Shown here piece after piece: positions 46,991 to 57,470 of a stretch of DNA of 64,000 nucleotides. Under the pieces are notes generated by a model. The model was not told the DNA's origin and searched no databases. It saw only the letters and a program-made list of their open reading frames with translations. A program made the position numbers and the translations under genes. The stretch lies in contig CM059433.1 in assembly GCA_030390025.1 (NCBI GenBank), positions 16,618,001 through 16,682,000 on the forward strand, given 5' to 3'. The first letter of the stretch is position 1. Each line of letters opens with the position of its first letter. The DNA is from Squalus acanthias (taxonomy: Eukaryota).

Positions 46991-49900
46991 AAATTATGTC
47001 TGCATCACAATGTTCCGATCAATTACATCATCCCTCCATTCCACGTACCCCATTTGCCTACAATTTCCCCTCCAGCTCTTTCATGTGTTTGCCTCCATTT
47101 CCATCTCCTATCCCTGTGTCTCTACCTTCCAGTTCTTAACACATCCCCAGACTTTTGTTTACCATTCCCCATTCTGCCTCCCACTCTTCCCAGCCTAGCC
47201 AGCTATCATTAGCTGGTGCTGGAACGTCCCCTCTCATTTCCCCTGAAGAAAAGGTGCTCTCTTAATATTGTATTCCAACTATGGTTGATGAGTTATGGAG
47301 GCTGGAATAGTCGCATCTCCTTTTTTAATCTCCTAATCTAATCGTCCCACATCCTTATAAGGTTCTTTTCATTTATCAGAGAGCAAAAGGGAGAAGTGCT
47401 GAACACTCTCTGCGCTTGCAATGGCAACTGTGAGTCACGGAGGATAACCGGGACTGAGTGAGGAATGGGAAACATTGCATAGGGATTCTAAGGGATAGCA
47501 GTGCAGGAGGTGAAGGAAAAAATATCTCTCGTGGTACTGGAGAATTGTTAAGTCTAGCTATTAATCCTTTAAGCATAATTTTAAGAAATAATAGATAACC
47601 CCCTAAGGAATAATAATTAGCAACTGTTGCGTAGGACTTCATTATGTGCTAACCTGTCTTTGCTTGTAAATTATTATCATTACAAGGTGTTAGCTTGGTT
47701 GGGTCAGAAATTAATGGGTTCATCAAGCAGAGATTTAGGTCCACTGACCTTCTCTCATCCCCTAAGGCATTGCTAATATTTCTTTCAACTACCTGACCAT
47801 TGGAAAGGTGTTAAATTTATTCCTCTCTGTAGTTGCTCTTTTACTGCTTGCTCTTAAGCACATCCCTTAAATATGTTCTGCTATGAAACAGTTTAATATA
47901 CGGTCCTAGGGTTAATTATATTTTTAACTCCAAGACAATATAGCCTCTCCTAAAGTTGTCATGGCATGCCAAGGACAAATCTTCCCATGTGAGCAGTCCC
48001 TCTTCCTCTGTAGCAGAAACCAAACATGCTCATTTCTCGGTAGTTGTTTTGATGCATAACAACACAACACAGATTGACCTTGCTACATCTACGACATTAT
48101 TTTAAAGTTGACCTCACCTCCAAAACCAGAAGAAAGGAGGTGGTGATGAACTTAAAAAGGTTAGTTTTTAAACTAATAAGGTATAGAAAAGAAGTCAAGC
48201 TGAAGTTTTAAAAAAAGTTAAAAAAGTAGGACAGGGAAAAGATTGGAAAGAAGAGAGAATAAGGAACGACGACACGTTGAACATGTAGAAATAAACTTTT
48301 TCCCTTCTCTCTTGAAAGGTGCTAACTCATTACTGGGTGCACTTCCATGTTGCCCCTCTAGTACTTCACCCAAGTGCACATTCTTCATGTATGAATATAT
48401 GTCACCAGGCTATTCCAACATGGTGGGCATCACAGCTAAGCCTTACCTTTTGCTCACCCAATACCCACACATGTTAACTGTCAGCAGCCATCACTGGATA
48501 ATGATGGAGCAACACATTGCTGCTTTCCCCTCCTTGCTCAGAGGCACTGTGACCAATTACAATGTGTCTTCTGGTAACCAGGTTGACATCAGTTAACTCA
48601 GCACAAAGTAGGGGTTACATCTGGGACTTTCCTTTTTTTGTAAGACTGAGTTCCACACTAGGCAATGAACTTGCCAACAGGGCTAACGGAGATAAGCCGC
48701 CCCTTGCGGGGTTAGCAGGTAGATGCACTGCATGATGTGGTACTAGGTCATACAGACCATATGGTCTGTCAACACTGGATGAATCCAAGGTGTGAAGTTT
48801 TCAGTCGCAAACTGTATACCTGAGGTGCCACCTTGCACCAAGAGCAGAAATCATAGTTAAAGTATCACATGGGCTGCAGGGGATGGCCTAGTAGCATTAA
48901 TATATTGCTCTTCTCTTCTCTTTTCTCTTTCTTTTTCTGTATTTCTCTTCTTGGCCCACCTAGCAGTGAGGATATTGCAGAGGGAGGGGGAGGATCCAGT
49001 CATTTTGGTCCATGTTGGGACCAACAACAAAGGGAAGAGTAGGCAAGAGGTCCTGTTTGGGGAGTACCAGAAACTAGGAGCTAAATTAAAGAACAGGACC
49101 TCAAGGGTTATAATCTCCGGATTATTAACTGAGCCACGTGCAAATTGGTGTCGGGATCAGCTGATTAGGGAAGTGAACGCGCGGCTAAAGGAGTGGTGTG
49201 GAAAAGAGGGTTTCCATTTCATGGGGCACTGGCACCAATATTGGGACAGGAATGAACTGGGTCCAAGTGGAAAGGATAAATAGGGCGGTCACAAGGACTT
49301 TAAACTAGTAAATAGAGGGGAGGACTCAGGTGGAAATTGTAGTACAAATAGTAGTTCAAAAACAAACAAAAGGGAAGGGAGTAGAGTAACAGTCAGAAAT
49401 TGTGCTTTAGGCACTCCAGGTAAAGATGTAAAGTGATTAAACCAGGAGAGAGAAAGAAGAAACAGGTGAGTAAAACATTAGAGCTGAAGGACAGGCTAGG
49501 GAGTGTGGCCCAAATAAGCGTTCTTTATCCAAATGCATGGAATATAAGGAATAAATTGAATGAACTGCAGGTGCAAATTCAAATTGAAGGGTATGACATG
49601 GTAGCTAATACTGAGACATGGCTGCAAGATGGTCAGGACTGGGAAATAAATAAACCAGGTTATAAGGTCTATAGGAAAGATTGGGAAAATGGCAGAGGGG
49701 GAGGAGTAGCCTTAGCGATTAAGGATGAAATCACTTCAATGGTAAGAGAGGATATAACGAGAGGTAAGCAGGCAGTGGAGATTTTATGGGTAGAATTAAG
49801 AAATAGGAAAGGACTTAAGACTGTAGTGGGAGTTGTGTATAGGCCCCCTGGTAGCAGCTGTGAAGTGCTAGTTTGTATAAATGCAGAGATTAGACGAGCG

Positions 49901-50721
49901 TGTAGCAAAGGCAGAGTGGTTTTAATGGGGGATTTTAACTTTCATATAGATTGGGATAAGTAGACCAGCACCTGTCAGAAAGGTAGTGAATTTCTTGAGT
50001 GTGTCCTGGATAGTTTTCTACAACAATATGTCCTAGAGGCAATAAGGGGGCAAGCCATATTAGATTTAGTAATGAGTAATAAGCCAGATTTAGTTAACAG
50101 CCGTGTGCGTGAAAATTTATCCAATAGCCATCATAACATGATTGAGTTCAATGTAGCATTTGAAAGGGAGAAACGCGAAACAGCTACTAAGATTGTAAAT
50201 TTGGGTAAGGCCGACTTCAACAGGATGAGGCAGAGACTGTCCACATAAAACTGGGCAAATCTGTTAATGGGTAAAATAACAGAGAATCAGTGGGAAATGT
50301 TCAAAAAAGAATTCAAGGCGATACAGAACCAGTTTATACTCCTGAGGGGCAAGAACTCTACTTGCCATAAAAAACAGCCATGGACGACTAAAGAGGTGAG
50401 GGACAGCATAAGGGGTAAAAATTCACTTGGTTGCGCCTCCCATTAGCGCCTTAAGAGGGCGCTAATGGGGCGTTAAGCCGCTAACGCCCGGGCGCAGCGA
50501 TGTTTGCGCCGCTCGAGAACTTAACTTGAGATTGTGCGGCGGCGCTAAAACTTACCGCTGCGACCACCTGCGCGCGCAGATTGTGACGTCATTCCATGGT
50601 GCAACGCCCTTGGGGCGCCCTGGAGCGGAAATTGAGTGGCGCCCCCTGCCTTACCGCCTGGCGCTTCCAACGACCGGAAGACTGGAACGCTATCAATCGG
50701 TGTGGGGCTGGGGGGGGGCGC

Positions 50722-50729
50722 TATTTAAA
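50722..50729 (+). promoter_or_regulatory. TATA-like box of the H1 transposase gene
   Basis: TATTTAAA flanked by G-runs ~200 bp upstream of the ATG. Equivalent motifs in H2 lie at 55118 (+) and 57565-57574 (-). Confidence 0.5.
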
Positions 50730-50923
50730 GGGGGCCTCTTCCTGTCTTTTTCTGTGGTCGACATTTATGCACCACTCGTTCTGAGAGAGAGAGAGAGATT
50801 CGGAGAGAGAGAGAGAGAGACTTCTACATTGACTCAACGCTTTGTGAGGTAGTTTTGCCTATTCATCCTAACTTTGTTGCTACTTTAGTTGCTGTACCTC
50901 ATTACTTTTCTGGCAAAGAGAAT

Positions 50924-52075
50924 ATGGGGGCTGCAATGATTGGGGGCGTCGTCCTGCTCCAGCTGAATCGGAGGATACCAAGATGCAGACAGAGAGTGGC
51001 AATGATGGCCAGACGGAGGAGGGCCATCAGGCGCATGTACAGGAGAGCTTACCCTCCCAGGGTATATCGTGAACAGCTCTCCTACATCCATATGTCCGAG
51101 GAGCTGTGTTTGCGAAGGCTGCGATTCAGCAAGGAGGTGGTCACTGAGCTCTGCCACCTGCTGCAGCCAGATCTGCAGCCTCAGCTGAGGTCCAGGACGT
51201 CTCTGTCGGTGGCAGTGAAGGTCACAGTGGCTTTGAACTTCTACGCCACTGGCTCATTCCAAGCTGCTGTTGGGGACCTCGCTAATATCTCCCAGTTTGC
51301 GGTGCATCGCTGCATCCGGCAGGTCACCAATGCCCTCTTCAGAAGGAGACGAGACTTCATCTCTTTCCCTATGACCCCAGACAAGCAGCGTGACCGTGCT
51401 CTGGGCTTTGCGAGGGTAGCGGGCTTCCCCATGGTGCAGGGCGCCATTGACTGCACGCATGTGGCTTTGCGTGCTCCGCGAGAGAATGCAGAGGAATTCA
51501 GGAACAGAAAGCGGTTCCATTCCTTGAATGTGCAGTTGGTCTGTGACCACAGACAGGTGATACTCGCTGTCAATGCCCACTATCCGGGCAGCTGCCACCA
51601 TGCTTTCATCCTGCGCCAGACTACTGTGGCAGAAGTTTTCGAGGCACCGCATCAGCCAGTTGGTTGGGTTCTGGGGGACAAGGGGTACGCATTGAGCACC
51701 TGGCTGATGACACCGCTCCGTACGCCAAACACCCCTGCTGAGCTGCGGTACAATGAAAGCCATCAAGCAACCAGGAACATTATTGAGCGCACAATCGGCG
51801 TGCTGAAACAACGGTTCCGCTGTCTGGACCATTCCGTAGGAGCCCTGCAGTACTCGCCTGAGCAAGTTTCGAACTTCGTAGTCGTGTGCTGCATGTTGCA
51901 CAACATGGCAATCCTCAGGACCCAGCCAATGCCACCAGGCCTTGTAGCACCACCAGAGGAGGAGGAGGAAGAGGACGAGGACGATGATCATCAGCAGCAC
52001 CAAGGCAGGAGGGCGGCCCACAATGGTCAAACTGCAAGGGCCGTCCGTCAACGACTAATAGCAAGCCGCCTCTAG
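50924..52075 (+). CDS. HARBI1-like DDE transposase (DDE_Tnp_4 family), uninterrupted 383-aa ORF
   Basis: First ATG at 50924; [66 protein letters not shown]; acidic tail. Confidence 0.93.
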   Translation: MGAAMIGGVVLLQLNRRIPRCRQRVAMMARRRRAIRRMYRRAYPPRVYREQLSYIHMSEELCLRRLRFSKEVVTELCHLLQPDLQPQLRSRTSLSVAVKVTVALNFYATGSFQAAVGDLANISQFAVHRCIRQVTNALFRRRRDFISFPMTPDKQRDRALGFARVAGFPMVQGAIDCTHVALRAPRENAEEFRNRKRFHSLNVQLVCDHRQVILAVNAHYPGSCHHAFILRQTTVAEVFEAPHQPVGWVLGDKGYALSTWLMTPLRTPNTPAELRYNESHQATRNIIERTIGVLKQRFRCLDHSVGALQYSPEQVSNFVVVCCMLHNMAILRTQPMPPGLVAPPEEEEEEDEDDDHQQHQGRRAAHNGQTARAVRQRLIASRL

Positions 52076-52369
52076 GGCCCCTGCCATTGCTACAAACACT
52101 AATCAACCCAGCACGCAACCCCTAAGCCGGCCAAGGCACCAATAATTCCAACCACCAGCCATGTATATTTTGAATACAGAAACTTATTTATTTTACAAAC
52201 TCTGTGTGTGTCAATTCCTCATGACAAACTCATAGAAATAAACACAAAAAAACAGTCAATAACATAACTGGTTCTCACAACCTGGAGATAATGTCCAAAA
52301 CACTAAACAAAAGTTGGACCATGAACCTCGGCCTTTAATAAAAAAATGACCAGCATTTTGTCACACCTC

Positions 52370-54140
52370 CTACTTTTTGCCCTTCGAGGGTGATCTCCTT
52401 CCCTTGCGCACTTCCCCCCTTCTAACCCTACTGCTCCTCCGTAATGGGACCTCAGTGGCTGCAGCAAGGCTGGTGGAAGGCTGCTGCTCGTCAGACCCTG
52501 ACACTGCAGATGCCCCTGAAGGACGGCCTCGACCACTTCTGGGCCTGGAGGGCCCGGCTGCAGACTGCACCAACTCTGCATGGGCGGCAGCAGTCTGTCC
52601 TACAGGCTGTGGCAAGTGCAGTGGAGAAGTGACAGTGTTGGCAGCAGGAATGCTGTCATCGTGAGAGAGGCCAGCAACTCCCTGCTCGCCCGACACACTG
52701 GCACTCCCACGTGGCAGCACTTCAGCATCCGGAGCAATCTGCCGGAGAACAGATTGCTGGCCTGCTGCGGCGCGGTGACAGCCCCGGGGACATGTGCACG
52801 TACCATCGAGGTTGGCAGCAGTCTGTGCTCGCGTGGCCTCCATCTGAGTCTGTATGAGAGCAGTCAGAGGTGGGATCACGGCAGCCAGTGACTGAATTGC
52901 AGCACTAAGCGTTAGTGTGGCATCCGCCTGTGCTGAAGCGAAGTGCTCCACACTCCTTGCCAGTGACTCAATGCATTCGGGCACCCTTCCCACTGCACCC
53001 ATGAGCTCAGTGTGCATGCCCACCGCCTGGGTGTTCATTTCTGCAATCAGCCGCTCCTCCTCTGCGTCCATTGCAGTAGGAGTGTCTGGCATACTCTCCC
53101 TCTGGGGAGAAGGCCCCCGTTCTTCCCTACCCCCCCCCCCATGGCGTTGCTGCAGCCCGCTGGGTCCTGGAGCTTCACCATCATCAGCCCCTTCCCCCCT
53201 GCTCCCCTTCGGGGAAGGCGTGTTCCCAGTGTGGGCATGGGCTTCCTCGGGAGAGGGTGGCACTGATGCTCTGGCTCCCTCTTCCTCCTCGGCTGCAGCT
53301 TCACTCCCAGTGGCAGCTTCAGGGCCCGTCTCCTCAGCTGGTGAATCACCATCTGAAAGCAGGGAGGTACAAGAGTGGCTTCAGCGTGAGGACAGGGTGG
53401 CAGTAAGGGAGGAATAAGTGCAGCGAGTTAGCAAGTTGGATTGAAAGTGTCAAAGGCTGGTGTTGTGAGGGACAAGTGGAAGGACAGAGGACAAAAAGGT
53501 GATGACCTTACCATTGCTGTCCACACGGGGTCGGCGTCTCCAGTGGCGACGGGACCGATCACCCGGCTTGCCACAATCCTGTGGACGCGCTCCTCCAGAT
53601 CGCTGAGGGGTTGCAGCTGAAGCCGCCCTCCACCTGTCCGTTGCTGCTGTCTCCTATTATGAGCCAGCTTAGCCTGCAAGAAAAAGGACAGCATCTGAGT
53701 AAATATACAGCCATGGTCTTGCCTGATGTGCCTCCCATAGGTGAATAGCCCTTACTGTATGCAAAGTGTGGAATGTGTGTGTGTGTTTGATGAAAGGGCC
53801 ATAGGTGTTGGATGAGTGTTGTGCATTGGGGTTTTAAGACCCTCTGGCCATAGAGTGAGGTTGAGATGGAGGGATGGAGAGGTATTGAGAAAAAGCCACT
53901 CACCCTGACGACCCGAGTGACGTCGTTGAACTTTTTGCGGCATTGAGTATGGGTCCTGGGCACCATGCTCCTGGAGGAGACGCTCTGAGCCACCTCCCTC
54001 CACACTCTTCTGAACTCGCGTGGCAAAGGCCTCCTGCCACTCTCAGGGAACAGCATACATCGTCTGCGCTCCACTGCGCCAACCAGAGCATCCAAGGCCC
54101 GCTCGGTGAAGCGATGAGCGCGTTCTCTCACCCTCTCCAT
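52370..54140 (-). pseudogene. Harbinger Myb/SANT-like (trihelix, NAIF1/MSANTD-type) partner gene of H1; exons 54140-53904, 53673-53512, 53352-52370; one apparent frameshift
   Basis: MERVRERAHRFTERALDALV...WREVAQSV...QCRKKFNDVTRVVR|gtgagt; ttgcag|AKLAHNRRQQQRTGGG...|gtaagg; tttcag|long exon 3. Phase mismatch at intron 2. Confidence 0.85.
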
Positions 54141-55313
54141 GCTTGGCAGCAAAAGGGATTCACAGGTCTCTCCAGGCTGAGATTCAAGGCTGCAATGAGC
54201 AGGGTGTGGCTGGGGAGCAAGTGCCCCCCCCCCCCCCCCGCTTTAAGAAGTGTCCGGCGCCAGTGTGTCTGTGTTCCCTCGCTAACTGGCAGCAGCTGCG
54301 CTGCGCTCGCGCGCTGAGTTAGCGCCTCACTCCTTGGCCTTTGCGCCTTAAGACAGGTGTGCAGCGCCTGCTTTAGCGCTCCACTCACCTCCCGGGGCGG
54401 TAAAAGTGAAGTTTCCTGTCAGTGCCGATAATTAGCGCCAGGCGCTAATATTTGCGTCCGGACGATATTTGCGCCCCAAATGGGGCGCGACCTAATTTCT
54501 ACCCCAAAGTGTACACAAAGTGCAAAAAATAGCACAGATCCTGACGAATGGGAAAGATACAAAGAACAGCAAAGGGTCACAAAACAGATAGTAAGAGCTA
54601 CAAAAAGGGAGTATGAAAAGAAACTTGCAAGGGATATCAAAATTAACACAAAGAATATTTACAATTATATTAGGAAAAAGAGGGTAGTCAGGAGCAATGT
54701 TGGCCCCTTAAAAACTGAAAGTGGTGATATTGTCAATGCTAATAAGGAAATTGCAGACATGTTGAATAATTACTTTGGGGGCAATATTTCGGGGGGTCAG
54801 TGGTCACGTTTGGGGACGGGTCGGCTGGGAAATTTTTTTTTTGACAGCGGGTAGGGAACCCGCAGTGAGGTCACCTCCACGCTAGTCTCCCAGATGTCGG
54901 GTCTGTCAGCGCTGAACAGACCCGGCACTAAGTGGCGGGGGAGGCAATTTACATCATTGGATACATTGTTCGGAGCCAATTAAGTAGTTTTTTATTTACC
55001 ATTCAATTTTACATGTTCCCCCATGGGTTACACGCTGCTCGGGGAACACGTCAGCTCAGCATGTCGTGAGTGGATTCAGCATTGAATTATCTCATTACCT
55101 GACAGCTGCAAAAGTTGTATAAAAGATCCCATCTTACAGCTGTTCAAAGCTCAAACTGTTGGTTACTGCATTTGGAAGACAGATTGAGCTTTATGCAGCT
55201 TGCAAGTGTTTGGAGCCAACTCTATCCCGTGTCACCTCATTGGAACAACCTCTCTCAGCATTGACAGATTTGCTTCTGTCATCTCACCTTTACCTGCCAT
55301 CTATTACATCAGA

Positions 55314-56277
55314 ATGGGTACGGTTTACACTCTCTCACTTTGGTCCTCAGAATCTGACTACGATGAGCCCCAACACCAACAGAACCAGGCACACCAGCAG
55401 CAACAACAACAGCAAGAACGCCAACCTTCTCCTCAACCACCTGATGCTGCACAGGGCAGAGGGCATCAGCGCAGGGCTGGACCGCGCCGGAGGCGATACC
55501 CCCAATACAGGGTTTACAGGCAGAGGATGATCTTCCTCAACATGACTGAGCAGCAGTGCCAAAGGAGGCTCAGGCTATCGCGCCAGGTCGTCGTGGACAT
55601 TTGCAAATTGCTGGAGCAAGTGCTGCAGCACAGAGGAATGGGTGGATCCACCTTACCAGTGGCTGTCAAAGTCACCCTTGCCCTCAACTTCTTCGCCTCA
55701 GGCTCCTTCCAGGCATCTGCAGCAGACATTTGCAGCATCTCGCAGTCGCTCACCCACAGATGCATCACACAGGTCACCGATGCCCTCTTTGACAAGTCCG
55801 CCAATTATATTAACTTTGCCACTGATGAAGCCAGTGTTGCTGAGCGTGCGCTCGGCTTTGCAGCTCTGGTTGGATTCCCACAGGTGCAGGGCATCATCGA
55901 CTGCACACATGTGGTCATCAGGGCACCCCATCAGAACTCAGCAGTGTTTGTCAACCGGAAGGGCTTCCACTCCCTCAATGTGCAGCTGGTCTGCAACCAG
56001 AGGAAGATCATCATCCATGTATGCGCCAAGTTCCCTGTGAGCTGCCATGACTCTTGCATCCTGCGCCAGTTTACCATACCTCAGCTCTTCGCACCTCCAA
56101 ACAGTCTTTCCGGCTAGCTGCTTGGAGACAAAGGCTAGCCACTAAATACGTGGCTCATGATACCTTTGAGGAGGCCAACAAAGGAGGTTGAGGAACATTA
56201 CAATCAAAGCCTCATCTCCACCAGAAGTGTCATAGAGCAGACAATAGGGTTGCTTAAAATGCGCATCAGATGGCTGC
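55314..56277 (+). pseudogene. HARBI1-like transposase pseudogene (H2)
   Basis: [35 protein letters not shown], then TAG at 56115 and in LLGDKG*. Continues to IEQTIGLLKMRIRWL and is truncated there. Gln-rich N-terminus. Confidence 0.9.
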
Positions 56278-57470
56278 ATGTTGAGCCTCCTGCACTTGTT
56301 CCTGCAGCTCCAGGATCGCCCTGTTCCTTGATGGCCCCCGAGGCTCAGCGTCTGCATGCAGCTGAGCAGAGCTAGGAGACTCCTGCACCCTCCGACGAGG
56401 TGTCTCCACTGCTGACTCTGTCTCCACCATCTGCTCTTGCTCACCTGTGATGTGTGAGACAACAGGTGACAACACTACTCTAACTCGTGACGGACCCACC
56501 GAGGTGATTGTATCTGTGCTGGTGCTGGCTTGCCTTGTCAGAGGTGATGCTGCGCCCTCAGAAGCTGGAGCCTCCTCTGAGGAGTCCTCTTGCTGTTCCT
56601 CCTGGACAGTGGGAGGGCTCTTGATGGACCTGTGGGAGAGTAAAGACATCAGTTAGATATATGATATGTCGATTGCCTACAGATACCATTATGCACATTA
56701 TGAGCATTCAATTTCTCTTGACATCAGCCCCCATATGAGTGACTGATGAATGCCATGCAGGTGTATGGAAAATGATTCTGTCATCAGGTTGTTCTGATGA
56801 GCCCCTTTCTCCGTCCCCCACTTCCGGCTGATCCACCGCTCCAGTGATCTCCAGGGCAGCCTCCACTGCAATTGTTAGAATGGCCAATGATTGAGGGCCC
56901 CCTCCTATTCTCCCCCTCTCCCTCTTGTTGTGGGCTCTCCTGCAAGGAGGGAAAGAAGAGAAGGTTGAGTGAGAGTGGTGGAATGAGTGTAAGGAATGGA
57001 TGGGTTAGATCTTTAGAGGGAGACTATGATGGAGTGGGGTGGCTGTAACAAGTTGCCTCCTTCAGTGCTGTTAGTTCGTGTCATTGCATTAGGATGAGGA
57101 TGAGTGTGAGGGGTGCATAGTAAGATGAGGATGTGATAATGTAGATAGATAGAGAGGGATGGATGAAGGTGCAAGGGATGTTGCATTGAGTAGCGATGTG
57201 CATGAGTAGGGTTGGGAATGCTGAGTGATGGGGAAGTGATAACAGGCACAGCAGCTTGAAGGTAAGTGTAGCTTTATACTCACTTTTCCTGATTGTAGAA
57301 GATCATTAAAATGCTTGTGGCATTGCACCCAGGTCCTCATCACCACACACATGCCTGTGATCTCCTCAGCTATTTGCAGCCAGGCTGTCTTGGTCTCCTG
57401 CGGAGGTCTCTTCCTCCCACTGGCAGGGAAGAGAACCTTCCTGCGTGCTCTGACTCCCTCAACAAGTCCT
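56278..57470 (-). pseudogene. Myb/SANT partner gene remnant of H2 (exon 1 ends 57284, exon 2 starts 56939, exon 3 starts 56629)
   Basis: VLFPASGRKRPP...AWLQIAEEI...RTWVQCHKHFNDLLQSGK|gtgagt; ttgcag|..AHNKRERGRIGGGP; cccacag|exon 3. Confidence 0.75.

Larger units (their letters stand above)
50412..54505 (+). mobile_element. Full-length two-gene PIF/Harbinger transposon H1 (4094 bp)
   Basis: TIRs GGGGTAAAAATT / AATTTCTACCCC, subterminal TTAGCGCC repeats, convergent transposase and Myb genes; interrupts CR1 ORF2. Confidence 0.92.

Noticed and set aside
50924..52075. Domesticated host gene HARBI1 (and NAIF1 for the partner)
   Set aside because: Enclosed by TIRs, paired with a convergent Myb gene and inserted in a LINE. 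It is a transposon copy, so no gene symbol is given.
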